Positions 39,540 through 51,700 of a stretch of DNA of 64,000 nucleotides are shown here, one piece after another (position 1 is the first letter of the stretch; the number at the start of each line of letters is the position of its first letter). The notes under the pieces are model-generated. The model made no database searches. It was not told where the DNA came from and worked only from the letters and a program-made list of their open reading frames with translations. Both the position numbers and the translations under genes were made by a program. This stretch comes from Lingula anatina (taxonomy: Eukaryota > Animalia > Brachiopoda), in the NCBI GenBank assembly GCA_051362555.1, contig CM120644.1, positions 16,080,534-16,144,533 of the forward strand. Direction: 5' to 3'.

Positions 39540-39890
39540 AGGTTCTTCACCTTTTCCAAGTCCTATCCAGGTTAGGGTGACTGCCCGATGTTGGTTTCTC
39601 CGATCGTTGACCTCTGTTGACCTCGAACTGCATTGTGGGAAGTATGGAAGAATCCACGTGCAGTCCGCCAGACAGATTTTGGAAGATCGTATTTATCAAT
39701 AAAAAAAAGACTCAAACTCTTTTCTGTAGCTTGTGAAAGTGGTTGTAAATTGTGTACATTTGCTGCATTTCCCCATTTTTTTTTTTTCAAAAATTTTATT
39801 AAAAAAATATATGCAAATGAATGAAAACTTCCTTGTGCCACCTGTGAACCTCACCTTGGTAGAAGATTCCAAGATGGCTGCGCCGTGTAC
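39540..39890. promoter_or_regulatory. Probable bidirectional housekeeping promoter (ZNF143/Staf site, E-box, YY1-like site over the ATG)
   Basis: TTCCCACAATGCA on minus at 39629-39641; CACGTG at 39655-39660; CAAGATGGCTGC overlapping the phosphatase start codon; locally CpG-rich. Confidence 0.6.
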
Positions 39891-39993
39891 GAAGGGGGTG
39901 TTGGGATATGTTTTGTGTATTTTCATCGTGTTTTCGATGAAAGTGCGGAATATAAACTCGCAGCCTCCTTCAACTTTGCGCCAGGTGAACTTG
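39874..39993 (+). CDS. ACP2: Acid phosphatase exon 1 (signal peptide)
   Basis: [40 protein letters not shown] followed by donor gtaaga. Confidence 0.88.
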
Positions 39994-42900
39994 GTAAGAT
40001 TAGTTATTGCAATATTGTTATTTTGATGCCAGTTTAATTGATACCTGATATATGTTAATTATTGTTATTGTGACTCTCACATGATCACTCGGCCTTACAT
40101 AACATAACACAAGATTGCATAGATTACTGTAGAAGTAGTACACTGGTTTACTACTACTATTGATCAGTTGAACTGTGTGCACTCTGTGTGAAATAAATCA
40201 TATGCTTTTGTATTCCACGGCTGATTATTTCAATAGATTTTAACTGGTCAATAAAACATAAATATGGGATTGTGATATTTCTGATTAATGTATGTCCCAA
40301 GACCCGTGTGTTTCAGCATTTATATAAGAAAACAGTCAGCGTGCTGCTTATTTTGGAGTGTGTGTCTGAAGGTTTATTTCTAAGATCTACAGTTCATGCT
40401 TACATATGAATATTGTAAATAATTTTTTTTTAAATAAATAAATTTATCTTTTAATCTGAAACCAGGAAGTGCAGGCTGCCATGATGAAGCATGCAGTAGC
40501 TTCAGGTGTATTATCCAAATTCAAATACTCTTAAAAATCATTTTTGTTTTTTAGGAACTGTATGCCTTGTTTTGATTTATGTCAGCAATTTTTTTTAATT
40601 AATTAATTTATTTATTTTTTGTTTGCTTTTTTTAATTAACTGAATTTTTTATTTTGTAAACATTTTATGATTTTGATTTTCTCATCAAAAATCTTCCTTT
40701 TAAGCTATATCGCCATGGAGACCGAAGCCCCGCAGGTGGAACCTTTCCGACTGACCCTTACCAGGAGGATTCCTGGCCACAGGGATGGGGACAGCTGTCA
40801 AAGGTCTTAATAAATGATAAGAATAATAAAATAATTATTGAGAAAAAGTTCTTTATATAATGAATTATTAAGCTGTGTTCACAACCAATTTGAGCAGGGC
40901 CTATCTAAGCCTTGGCTTAAATATGGCATTACCCACACAAAAGTATGCCACATAATCCCTGTGGGGATGGCGTGCGTTGGAGGCAAGGAGTATATAAGGG
41001 GATTAAGCACATTTGATTTCAAGCGTGCGCCATATTTGAGCTGTGGTTCAGCTAGGCCCCAGCTCGACTTAGTTTTGAACAGAGTCTTTAAGTCTGCTCC
41101 CAATAAAACTATCATACCCAGTAGATCGATCCAACTTCGAAGGGGTTTCTTGCTGAATGCAGTCAGATAAACTGTATGTGACAAATCCTCAAGCAGCTAG
41201 AGGTGATTAAAGGGATAATAACTCTTTATTTCAGCCAAAAAATTAATTTTCCTGGAGTGAACAACAATTTTCCCATACTTACCAATGGTTAATGAATCCA
41301 TTTTTACATTCAAAGTTAGTCCCTGGTTTTTTTCTAAAAAGTTTGGTTTTTTGTTAAAATCTCTTAAGAGATTTTAACAGAGTATAGCAATCAATGGAGG
41401 TCACGTGGTCTAAAGACAAGCTCAGATATCAGAATAATAGCTATAACTGCCGTTTTTGTGGTAAAACAGAATATATTATATTTCTATGAGTTATTCACAA
41501 TGTTTTTATTGTGAAATATAGATCTCATACGAAGAGTTATAATCCCTTTAACTTTTATATCTCTTGGCTTCTGGACGCTTTTGCTTTTTGTTTTGAGTGA
41601 GTCCAAATGCACACGAAAGTTAATTAGTACCCAGTTGATTGAGGAGGGGTGCCATTCAGTTAATAGGATGGCATTCATTGTAAATGCACCCATTTACTAT
41701 TTCTTGCATTCATTTGCTTATTTGATGCTTAGGGACATACTTCAGAGTCATTTCAAATAATATGGTGGCCTTTTTGTAATATAAATCTATAGCTTTAGCC
41801 TTACTTAGATAATGTGTGATTATAATATTGATAGAATATTTTCATAGATAATTTGTGATTATAATATTATTGATAGAATATTTGCATTATTGTAATGTGT
41901 AATATTTCGTCGGCATATTTTGGACAAAGAAAGCCAAGGTATGTACTGTAGTTAGTCAGTTCACATATTAAATTAGTGTACTGTATTGTGTGTAAAAAAG
42001 GCAAAATATCAAGGTTAACAATGGACTTAGCATACTTACATCTTGCAAGTTCAACCTCTTGCAATATTTATAACAAAAATTATTTTTCCTCAAATTTCCG
42101 CCTTTTTTTCCCTGAATCACCAAGTATACCCCATCGAAAACTGGTCAGAAAAGTGCAATCTATAATTCCATTAATCAAATCTGAATTTCTGATTTTTACC
42201 ATCAGGAGTCAAATTCACCAGTCTTTATCTCCATTACAAATAATTCTGTATGATATGACTAATTGGACTATATTTTCAATGATTTCAGCTCGGGATGCAA
42301 GAGCAATGTGAACTTGGACAATTCCTGCGTAAGAGATACAACGGCTTTCTGAACAGCTCATACATCAGAACAGAGGTGAGAGTTTGTGAAATTTCCCATA
42401 TTTATAGACCTTTCCAAATGGGAAAACAAATACAATACAATTTGACTGTCTGAACAGCTCATCAGATTTCAACATCTATCAGAGCATCTTCATCAGGGAA
42501 TGAGGCTATCCAGGAGAATAGCTTCTATTCAGTAGTTATGAAGATGCTCTAATAGACATTGAAATAATGGAGTTAGACATTTTTATATTTAGCTGTTGAT
42601 TGATGAAAAAAGTACTTTATTTTTATAACATAAAGGGCTGATAAAATCTTCTCTGAAATATATGGTATGATTTCAAGAATGAAGTAATTTCTCTTCAGTC
42701 AACAGCTTAATATTGAAATAGTTTTACCTCTAATATAATGATGTCTAGCAGAACATCTTTATCAGGAAATGAGGCTATCCAGGTGAATAATTACTTCATT
42801 CTTATAACATGGAACAGCTGTTGAAAGCTGCTCTGAAATATATGGTAGATGAAAATCTTCTCTAAAATATACGGTATGATTTCAAGAATGAAATAATTTG

Positions 42901-45900
42901 CCGTCAGTCAGCAGCTTAATATAACATAACACAGCTGATGAAATCTTTTCTGAAATATATGCTGTTATTTCAACAGTCTATAATCCACTTTTCCACATGT
43001 CCGCAGATCACAGTTCGCAGCACAGACGTGGACCGTACGCTGATGAGCGCCCAGTGTAACCTGGCCTGCCTGTATCCACCAGGAGATGAGCAACAGTGGA
43101 ATAAGTCCATCATCTGGCAGCCTATACCTGTACATACTAGACCAGTGGATGAAGACCCTGTATGTTAAAAGTCTCCACCTCTTTCTCTTTCTTCTCCTCA
43201 CCTTCTATCCTTCCTTCCTTAACCCTCTTCCAGTTTCTGTCTGCACTTCTCCCTCTCTCTTTACCCTTCTTTTTGTCTTTCCCATCACCCACCCCCCTCT
43301 CTCTTTCTCTCTCTGTCAGTCTCTCTCATTATTTTAAGGATTTTAATTCATTAATTTTCTCATTAATTATTTTATTTATTTAAAGTATTTTCAGTGTTAT
43401 GTTTTCACAGTTTCAGCTGAATGTTAATCAGTTGTCAAAACATCTTTTATTTCAGTTGCTACGGACTGACGAGCCATGCCCAAAATACAACAAAGTTTTC
43501 AATGAATTGATGCAGTCAAAACTTGTGAAGGATGAAGAAGTACAGAACAAAGTAAGGGGTATTAAAAGACATGTAATTAGTTAGCCTGAAGCTTATGCAT
43601 TAGTTGTTGTTGTTTATTTATCTTTTTTGACAGAAGTAACTGAACTTATATACAGTTTATCCATCTATTCTGAATATAATGTAAGACTGCATTCCCACAG
43701 ATTTAGATCGATCCATCTGGATCTAACTCCCTGGGGCTGTCAGCCGAACGTGCATGGAAGTTAATTACTCTCTTACAGCTTTTAGTAGGCAGGACAGACA
43801 TTTAAGCCAGCTTAGTTGACTGTAATCTAGTGAGACTCCCCATGGGGATAGATCACTCTAAAATCTATGGGAATGCAGTCTAACAGTGCTGTTTTTATGT
43901 TGGCTAAAAGTAAGGGGGTATTAAAAGAGATGTAATTAGTTAACCTGAAGCTTCTGTATTAGTTATTGTTCTTTAGCTTTTTTAGACTGAAGTAACTGAG
44001 CTTAATACAGTTAATCCATCAATTCTGAATAAAAGGTAACAGAGCTGTTTTTTTGTGTTGCAACTTGGGTTACGTCCTGCACTGAATTGTAACAGTGGGC
44101 ACAGCTTAGGTGTTTGATTATTTATTTTGGAAAAGGAAATTTTTGAAAATTCTTGCACAGCTTGTCTTTATGAGTAAGGGCAGACTGCTTTGTGAGGAAT
44201 GATTAATATAGAAAGTAAAATATATCTTGAAAATGATACATTTGTGAGATTCTTTCACATGTCTTCCCATGTCTCAGAAGCCTCATCAGTAAATATGCTC
44301 CTTGTTCTTTACCTCACCACTATAATTTCAAAATTGTCAAATTGGCAGTGTACTATCTTTTTTTAAAGAATTTATTGAAATAAGCAAAGAATTGACACAG
44401 AATGACAGCACTGTAGTATATGCTACAATAATTTGATTTGTAGAACTATTGATCTTGCTGAAATTCTTTATCATCTTATACCATCAAGTATCGTTAATTA
44501 TTGTATAGCATCTAATATAATCTCCTAAAAGGGCTCAGAATCCAAATCCTCATTATGGTTAGAGTTTTGAAAAATTTCCAAAATATACCTTTTTTTTTTC
44601 AGAATACATTCTAAGTCTGAAAAAAAGGATTTGATCCCCTTTTGAAACATTAGTAAACATAGTATTCACAGTCATTAATTAATAAGTCCATTGATCTGTT
44701 CTTGGCTGTTGGTTTTAATTCCCGTAACACTGTTCCTAGTCAGAGGTTCTGCATTAGTTAAATTGTTGTTCTACACTTGACCAACAAAAAAAAATCGAAA
44801 CGTGGAATTTTTTTTCAATAATTAAAAAAACATGTTATTGATATATTGGGAAAAACTCCAATGTATATAATAAGGTAACAAACGGTGGGTGCATTATCCA
44901 TTAATATTTGGTTAAAATATTTACCATAGCTCGTGGTTATTTCATAATGATAGTTAAAAAATAATGATGTTTCCAAATTTTTTGTCAACATCATTATTTT
45001 TTAATGCTCATTGCTACCCAAAGTGACTGATTCTCAACACCAGAATTGTTACTAATTTAACTTTGGTTATATTTATTATTTCAGGCCTTCTACCAGTTCA
45101 TAAGCAACAAAACTGGATATCCTCATGAGAATATCAGTATCTTCTGGGACGTCCAGGATCCACTGTTTTGTGAGGTACCATAATGGCTCAATTCATTAAC
45201 TATGAAAATTATGAATTTTACAGATACTGTTTTTTTTTTAATAATTTTTTTTAAAATTAGAACATTCCAAATGAATGATGGCAACACAATTGAAAAACCA
45301 GACTACCTTTTAGTTAATGTCGTACAGTAAAAGCGCCAAAGTTCTTCATGAGCATTTAATGTATAGTTAATGATTCCAAAGTTATGTATCTAAAAATTTG
45401 ATAATTTTCCCAGGTATAATGATCAAAACATTACAATAGATTTGTTTAGCCCCTGGTACACCATGCTTGCGAACATTTGAAAAAACAAACTCTGGAACGC
45501 TCTCTCTCACATGGTTTTTAGCAAAAGAAAAGGCTGCAATATTGAAAGTCCATTAATACTGATATATAACTTTGACATTGACTAACAAATATTATCTAGT
45601 TTTTCACTGTGTTTTATCTTCAGTGGGTACACAATAAGACCCTCCCTTCATGGGTCAATTCCACATGGCAGCCCACAGGGCAGAATGTATGGGACATGAT
45701 CAGGAATACCACAAACTTCTCTTGGCAACTGCTGTTTCGGACAAAAGAAATGAGAAGACTTCGAGGGGGTAGGTTAAGTGTTAAATGGAAGGTTGAATTT
45801 GAGGGGCTATATATTTGAAGATTTCTAGTCGAGTCCCATATCTTGGATAGAAAAATCTATTACCTGTACCTGAGATAATTGGCTAAACAAAGCTGTCTTT

Positions 45901-45908
45901 GAAGTTAA

Positions 45909-45974
<66 letters not shown>

Positions 45975-47539
45975 AGGGGGGGGAGGCTCTTCAGAACCAA
46001 GTTGATCCAGGGACTAACTGATCAAATATGGTGCGTATTGGACGTTGGATTCCCTGCCTCCTACACGGTCATCCCTGCTGGGGCAGAGCAATTAAATCAC
46101 AGCATGCTTTTAAATGAGTTGCACCATAATTGAACTGCTACTTGGTTAGTCTGTGGATCAACTTAAGGACCAACTCTGACCAGGCCTACTGAGAGAGAGA
46201 GAGAGAGATTTGTTGTGATTGGCATCATATACTATTATCTGACTGATTTCATTGCAGGTTTGTTGGTGGGAGAGATGATCAACAACATGAAGAATAAAAT
46301 CAAGCTTGGGCCAAACAACAAGTCTGAACCCAAGATGCACATGTATTCAGCTGTAAGTTTAAAGACACAAATCTTGTTAGACTTCTATGTAGCAAAGTGT
46401 GAATATTCCATTAAATTTCCATATTTTTCTTCCTTGCCCTTCCTTTAGCGAAGTCCTTTATCCACCAATTAAAACACTTTTTTATTTGCAAACTGCACAT
46501 ATTATCATTGCACTTTGAACAAAACCATTGAAATCACTTGGGTTTCTTTATTACCAGCACGACACCACTGTGGCCGCCATGTTGAATGCTCTGGATGTGT
46601 TCAATGGCGTCCAGCCTCCTTATGCATCCATGGTCGCCCTAGAATTACATGAAAAAGACAACTCGCACTGGGTGGAAGTTCTCTACAGGAACCTCTCCAG
46701 AGATCCCGGAGCCGTCAATGATTTTACACTTATTCATCACTTGACCATACCAAGTAGGGACATATAAAGCATACAGTATAAGAACTTCACATTGAATTGC
46801 TAATACAGGTCCTTCATCAGTTTGAAGTAGCATTTAAAAGTACTTGTCTGCTCAGCTAAAATATAAATAACAAAGAATATAGATATAGGGTACAAAAAAT
46901 ATACATATGGAAAGTATAGTACCTGACTTTTTGTACAGTTATGTCATCAAGAGATTTTTTTAATAATAAAAAAAAAAATAATAATAATGATGAAATGATT
47001 TTTTGTAAATTTCTGATTTCCAGACTGCAGTATCCAGTGTCCTTTTGATAAATTTATCAGCCTGACTAAAGACGTGATTCCAGTGAACTCGCAGGCGTGG
47101 GCAGAAGAGTGCGAGATGCCGTCCAGTACGACAAGTGGACTCAGCATGCGTATGTATCCAGCTTCACGTTGACCTAGTTAAAGGTTCCCGATATAGGTTT
47201 TAACCGCCAAAATGATTTTTCCTCAGAAGGGAAAAAAAACACGTTTTCTTCTATTCACGAATCGTTTTACTCGATTTGCACCTGCACTTGGATTCAATGT
47301 TTTTGTTCCATTTGTAATATAATGACTTACTTCTAATAACTGCCCTGTGACAGTTAATGACCAACCTCAGCATTCTTTCTATTTTTATCTTTTCAGCCAT
47401 GATCATTGTGATTAGCGTTGTGGGGGCCGCCATTTTGCTCCTTGTGATTGGTCTCAGTGCTCTGTGCCTCAGTCGAAGCTGTAAAGGAAAACGCCAAATG
47501 CGTTATCAGGAATGGAGCACGACAGGAATAACAAGCTGA
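39874..47539 (+). CDS. ACP2: Lysosomal/prostatic-type histidine acid phosphatase, 11 exons, 449 aa, signal peptide plus C-terminal TM helix
   Basis: Exons 39874-39993, 40705-40803, 42289-42375, 43007-43159, 43456-43551, 45085-45174, 45624-45768, 46258-46352, 46558-46753, 47024-47149, 47397-47539. All introns are GT-AG and phase-compatible, total 1350 nt. Catalytic RHGDRSP and SAHDTT motifs, [46 protein letters not shown], 11 N-X-S/T sequons. The symbol is family-level: invertebrate co-ortholog of ACP2/ACPP/ACP4. Confidence 0.93.
40705..40803 (+). CDS. ACP2: Acid phosphatase exon 2 (catalytic RHGxRxP)
   Basis: [33 protein letters not shown]; acceptor ttttaag, donor gt. Confidence 0.93.
40872..41086. 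mobile_element. MITE family B in phosphatase intron 2, followed by a family A half copy (about 41092-41175)
   Basis: tgttcacaac..gagc.gggccta..aaatatggc / gccatattt..taggcccc.gctc..gttttgaaca. Confidence 0.7.
41211..41547 (-). mobile_element. Kolobok-like MITE, inverted near-identical copy of 35556-35890
   Basis: ttaa|agggataataactctt ... aagagttataatccct|ttaa; interior is the reverse complement of 35556-35890. Confidence 0.9.
42289..42375 (+). CDS. ACP2: Acid phosphatase exon 3
   Basis: [29 protein letters not shown]; tttcag / gtgag. Confidence 0.93.
42480..42960. repeat. Interleaved local duplications in phosphatase intron 3
   Basis: catct..atcagg.aatgaggctatccagg twice; aaaatcttctct.aaatata.ggtatgatttcaagaatgaa.taattt twice. 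Confidence 0.75.
43007..43159 (+). CDS. ACP2: Acid phosphatase exon 4
   Basis: [51 protein letters not shown]; ccgcag / gtatgt. Confidence 0.94.
43456..43551 (+). CDS. ACP2: Acid phosphatase exon 5
   Basis: [32 protein letters not shown]; tttcag / gtaag. Confidence 0.92.
43685..43880 (+). mobile_element. MITE family A, TAA TSD, in phosphatase intron 5
   Basis: taa|gactgcattccca ... tgggaatgcagtc|taa; empty paralogous site at 44037-44039. Confidence 0.92.
45085..45174 (+). CDS. ACP2: Acid phosphatase exon 6
   Basis: [30 protein letters not shown]; tttcag / gtacc. Confidence 0.92.
45624..45768 (+). CDS. ACP2: Acid phosphatase exon 7
   Basis: [48 protein letters not shown](G); cttcag / gtaggt. 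Confidence 0.92.
45909..45968. repeat. Compound (TG)n(AG)n microsatellite
   Basis: Direct observation. Confidence 0.95.
45985..46186. mobile_element. MITE family B within a (GA)n tract in phosphatase intron 7
   Basis: aagttgatccagggactaac / gttagtctgtggatcaactt; GA repeats on both sides. Confidence 0.68.
46258..46352 (+). CDS. ACP2: Acid phosphatase exon 8
   Basis: (G)[31 protein letters not shown]; ttgcag / gtaagt. Confidence 0.93.
46558..46753 (+). CDS. ACP2: Acid phosphatase exon 9 (HD proton-donor motif)
   Basis: [65 protein letters not shown]; taccag / gtagg. Confidence 0.93.
47024..47149 (+). CDS. ACP2: Acid phosphatase exon 10
   Basis: (N)[41 protein letters not shown]; ttccag / gtatgt. 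Confidence 0.92.
47397..47539 (+). CDS. ACP2: Acid phosphatase exon 11 (TM helix plus cytosolic tail, stop)
   Basis: (P)[46 protein letters not shown]; long pyrimidine tract then cag. Confidence 0.9.
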
Positions 47540-48491
47540 CAATACGCACCTCTCCTTGCACAGGATTTTGTGTCAGAAGACGAGTTGTGATTTATTATAA
47601 TAGCTATTTAACTGTTAAGTATTCCAGGGGTAATTTCACAAAGAATTTCGGATGAAGTTTGGTCTGAATCTTAAGACTGGGATATTTGGTCTGCTTTAAA
47701 CCAAGATAAATCGGCAATAGACCATGGAAATGAAACTGCACATGGAACAAACTCCATGAAAGGCAAAAAATGGCTCATGATTTTGATCAGTGACACTCAA
47801 CTTCATTGGACTATCGCAGAATTATCCTGAATTGAAGTTGATCAGTATTAACGGTCTTCATCTTTTGACACACTTCTTGCCTGAAGTTTACATTAATTAA
47901 TTTATTAATTTATTTATTTATTTATTTATTTATTTTGGGGAGGGGCAACGGTCAGTAAGGTATTTTTCATTCTTGGCTAATTTATATATAAAATGCTCTA
48001 TTGTTTCAACTTTTTTGTCTGGCATGAGAAAACTGCATCTAGTAACAAGAACTCCCAGTGCCAAAAATTGTCTTTTTGATTAATCTCTCAACATTTTTTG
48101 GGGCAATAGATTTTTGTGTGAGAGCAGGGGGGGTATTAGCGTAGAAGACTGGCAATAGCCAGCAAAATTTCGAAAAATCTCTGTAATCCGAAAGCCTTTG
48201 AGCCAATGCATAAAGAATTAAGGAAAAATGAGATTTTTAATTTATTCATTCAAAATGAACTGAAGAAATTGTTCTTTTATCATGGGCAAGATGAAGTGAT
48301 CTGAACTGATTTTGCAATATGAATGTCTTTTAAGTTTTTTCTATTTAATCTATGTGAGAAGATAATAAGGGCACTAATGATATAATAAATCTATAACGCA
48401 TGTAATGAGCTTATATTGAATACATGCAGCTGCTCTGTGATTCTAATTTTTAATGGAAATCATCCAAGGGGGCCCAAAATCTTGTGACTTG

Positions 48492-48743
48492 GGGCCCCAT
48501 TCCCCTAGACACCCACAGTCTAGGTAGATTTATCAAACTCTGCAGGGACTCTCGCTGAGTGCAATCAGCTTTAATGAATTACTTGCCTCCTTGCATTGAG
48601 TGGAAAAAAGAAGGGCTATTAGTAACAGGAGAAAGTTAGAAACAAGAGGAGGCCATTCGTTTACTTAAGCATGTTGTACTCAGCAAGAGTCACCCAAGTT
48701 GGCTCAATCTGCATAGACTGATGGTGTCTGTGGGAATGGGATC
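48492..48743. mobile_element. Foldback MITE (family A-related) downstream of the phosphatase stop
   Basis: cccattcccctagacacc..cagtcta / tagactg..ggtgtctgtgggaatggg; gactctcgctgagt / actcagcaagagtc. Confidence 0.78.
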
Positions 48744-51700
48744 ATAGTGTAAAAAAGTGGGGTTTTGAGGGAAAATGGGCTCAAAAATAAATGCAGCAAC
48801 AAATAAAAGTTGATAGTATTATCCACCTTACACATATTCCGTCACTTTTTTTTTGTCTTGTATGATGTCACAGTGCCAGGGGGCCCCTTTTAAAGGATCT
48901 CAGAAGATTCCCATTGCTATACAGCTGTGTATTGTGCTGCTTTGAATTAAGTGATTAAATTATGTCCAGTGTTTGTGTCACTGTAGTATTTATTAACTTG
49001 ATATTTAATTGTTACTGTTACTGACGCTATATATTAAGAAAAATTACTCATATTGAGTGAAATTATAAGAAATTCCTGACTGCTTATGATATGTTATTGT
49101 ATGATTATTGTCCATGTGGTTGTAACACTTATCTGAAATAAACGTATACGTATTTATAAGTAGTGGGTTTTGACAAAAGTGAGTTTCACACCGTACTTGT
49201 CACACTTATGATCTTTAAACAAGTGTGCCCCATCAACGTGTACATCAATTTTATGATCAAAGTTTATCAAAAATGCAAACGTCTCCATTACGAAAACCAC
49301 GATAATTTAAAAAGAAATAAAACCCCTTTTGATTTGAATAATCTTATGGTTAATTTAGTCTCTTTGAGTTTGCGAATACAAATACCATTAAAATACATGG
49401 CAACCATACGCACCTGTAAATCCACGTACAGATAGATACGCCTCCTGTAAAAAAATGCAAGAAAAACTTAAACTCCATATAATAATTGGAAATATTGATA
49501 TATATTGATTTAGGCAAAGAACATTTAGAACGAATGGTATGAAAATAAAACCTTGTTTACTTTTTCATGACAGCCAGATAAAACTCCGTTGAGCAAGGAT
49601 GTTATCATATTATCCCGACAGAGACCAGTTATTTATTAAGGGCCTGTTTTGTATAGTCCATAACTATTCCTACCAATTAGATTTATTATTGCTAATACGT
49701 ATCGTATTATTTGGTCCATAACATGTTGTGACATGGGTTTCCCGGTGCTTATTAATTAATTTATTTGACACTTGGATCCGAACGAAACTAGGATTTATCC
49801 ATTCCATTATAATGTCAAAAACAGGATTACAGGTATGGCTATTGATCGATCAAAAATACTGGGTATCAACATCCATCCTCTTTCCCTCGTGCTGAGTTCT
49901 GTGGAAGTAATGTATCAAAAATATATGAAAGAGCATGATGGAAGTAGCCTGCGCAGTATTTGTGGAACAAAGTGATGTATTTTTAAAAGTGTACCACGGT
50001 CAAATCTACCTGTACTTGTATTTGACCGTGAACATTCGTGAACAGATTCAGCCACAACCCCTCACCTAAAATGGGCCACACCTGTCTGTAATTTGTATAA
50101 CAATAAGTTGCTCACCGTAGTGCGAGCTGTCTTCTCGAATGCTCAGTAGGCAGTAGGACACAGCAGGGTGAAGACGCAACAGCATGTGTGGTGCAGTCGC
50201 AAGGACGAGCTTTTGTGAGGCGAAGAAGCAAATGCATGTTTCGTAAGTAACGCTTTTGTCGTCAGTTACCTTTGTCATTAGATACATGTAGGAAAAGCGT
50301 AGAAGAATGCAAAATATAAATTACGACAAGTATTTATGTTACGATTCTTAGTTATATTTTGCCTGTCGTTTCTTTTATGTCACTCAGAATATTAGCTAGC
50401 ATATTATCATATGGAAATATTATCACGAAGATCACGGACTAATTTAGGTAATAATGCCGTACTTGTCACAGTTCTGAGCTTTTGATCAAAAGACAGTGTG
50501 CCCCATCAACTTGTACATCAATTTTATGGTCAAAGTTTACCAAAAATGCAAGTCTCCCTTTAGTTAACGAAAATCACGATAATTTAAAAAAGAAAATCTA
50601 AAAACCCTTATGGTTACTATTGTCTATTTGAGGTTGCATTACTTTTTGTCAATTTTAAAACAGTTTTTGTAGGTTTGTTTATTTTATTATTCATGTACAT
50701 CATGCACCAATAAAAATGTTTGTAAGCAGTGTTGAAATACAGGAAATGATTTATAATAAAACAAAATATGGCCCCCAAACGCGTGATGCATAAGGATTTA
50801 AAGATATTACAACATTAAATGGTAGGTAAAATAAATTAACGTCCCTTCTTGTATCATCCGCGATTTGATGAAGTGTTTTCAATGTTTGTTTGTTTGTTTT
50901 TTTTTTTTTTTTCAAAGCAAGATGTCTCAAATAACTTTAACATAAACTTCAGGGGGGTGCTATCTAAGCCTGAACTTTGGACAAGTCAGTATACACCCAC
51001 ATCATTTCAAGTGCCCTCTTCTCTTTGACGTAAAATGCATTATAATTAGTATTTTTCGAGCCTTTTCGTTTAGTCAGATATTGTTAACATTCATTTTTCA
51101 TTTCAGAGGTCCACTGAGATACTGAGTACTGCAAGACACCCGCCTGTTAGCAACCAAGCCTTTCTTTCAAGTTCTGGAACCCTACGCACATTCATGCATC
51201 TAATGTATTAAACCTGAATAAATGCTTTTGTAATTCCGTGTTTTTTTTTTTTTTTTACTTTGATATGAAATGATAATGATAAAGATAGTAGTTATAATGA
51301 GAGAAAAGGGGTTAAATTATAAAGATATTGAGCACTTTCAAATTTAATAGGCTAAAACTGATCTCTAAATATTGTTTTTGAAATTGATGATTTCTACAGT
51401 AAGAGAAGATATTTAAATAAAAAGGTTAAAAGGCTTTTAATATGCCCTGAATACTTCTACAAGATTTTCGTACAGCCCACATTTGTAAATAAAAATCGTA
51501 TGAATTTACGATCTTGCTTTTTGAAAATATTTTACATTTTATTCTATAGTTAGACGTTTTTTTATATAAATCTCTTGGAATAAATTAGTTTGATATCCCC
51601 GATATCATTTTCTTAAATTGATATAAGTCCATTTTTGATCAGATCTGGATTTTGCTACAGAATATGGATTCAAATTTCACGACCTTCTCATGATATAAAT

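Noticed and set aside
40838-41184. Overlapping 110-aa and 101-aa ORFs on both strands
   Set aside because: Lie over palindromic MITEs in phosphatase intron 2
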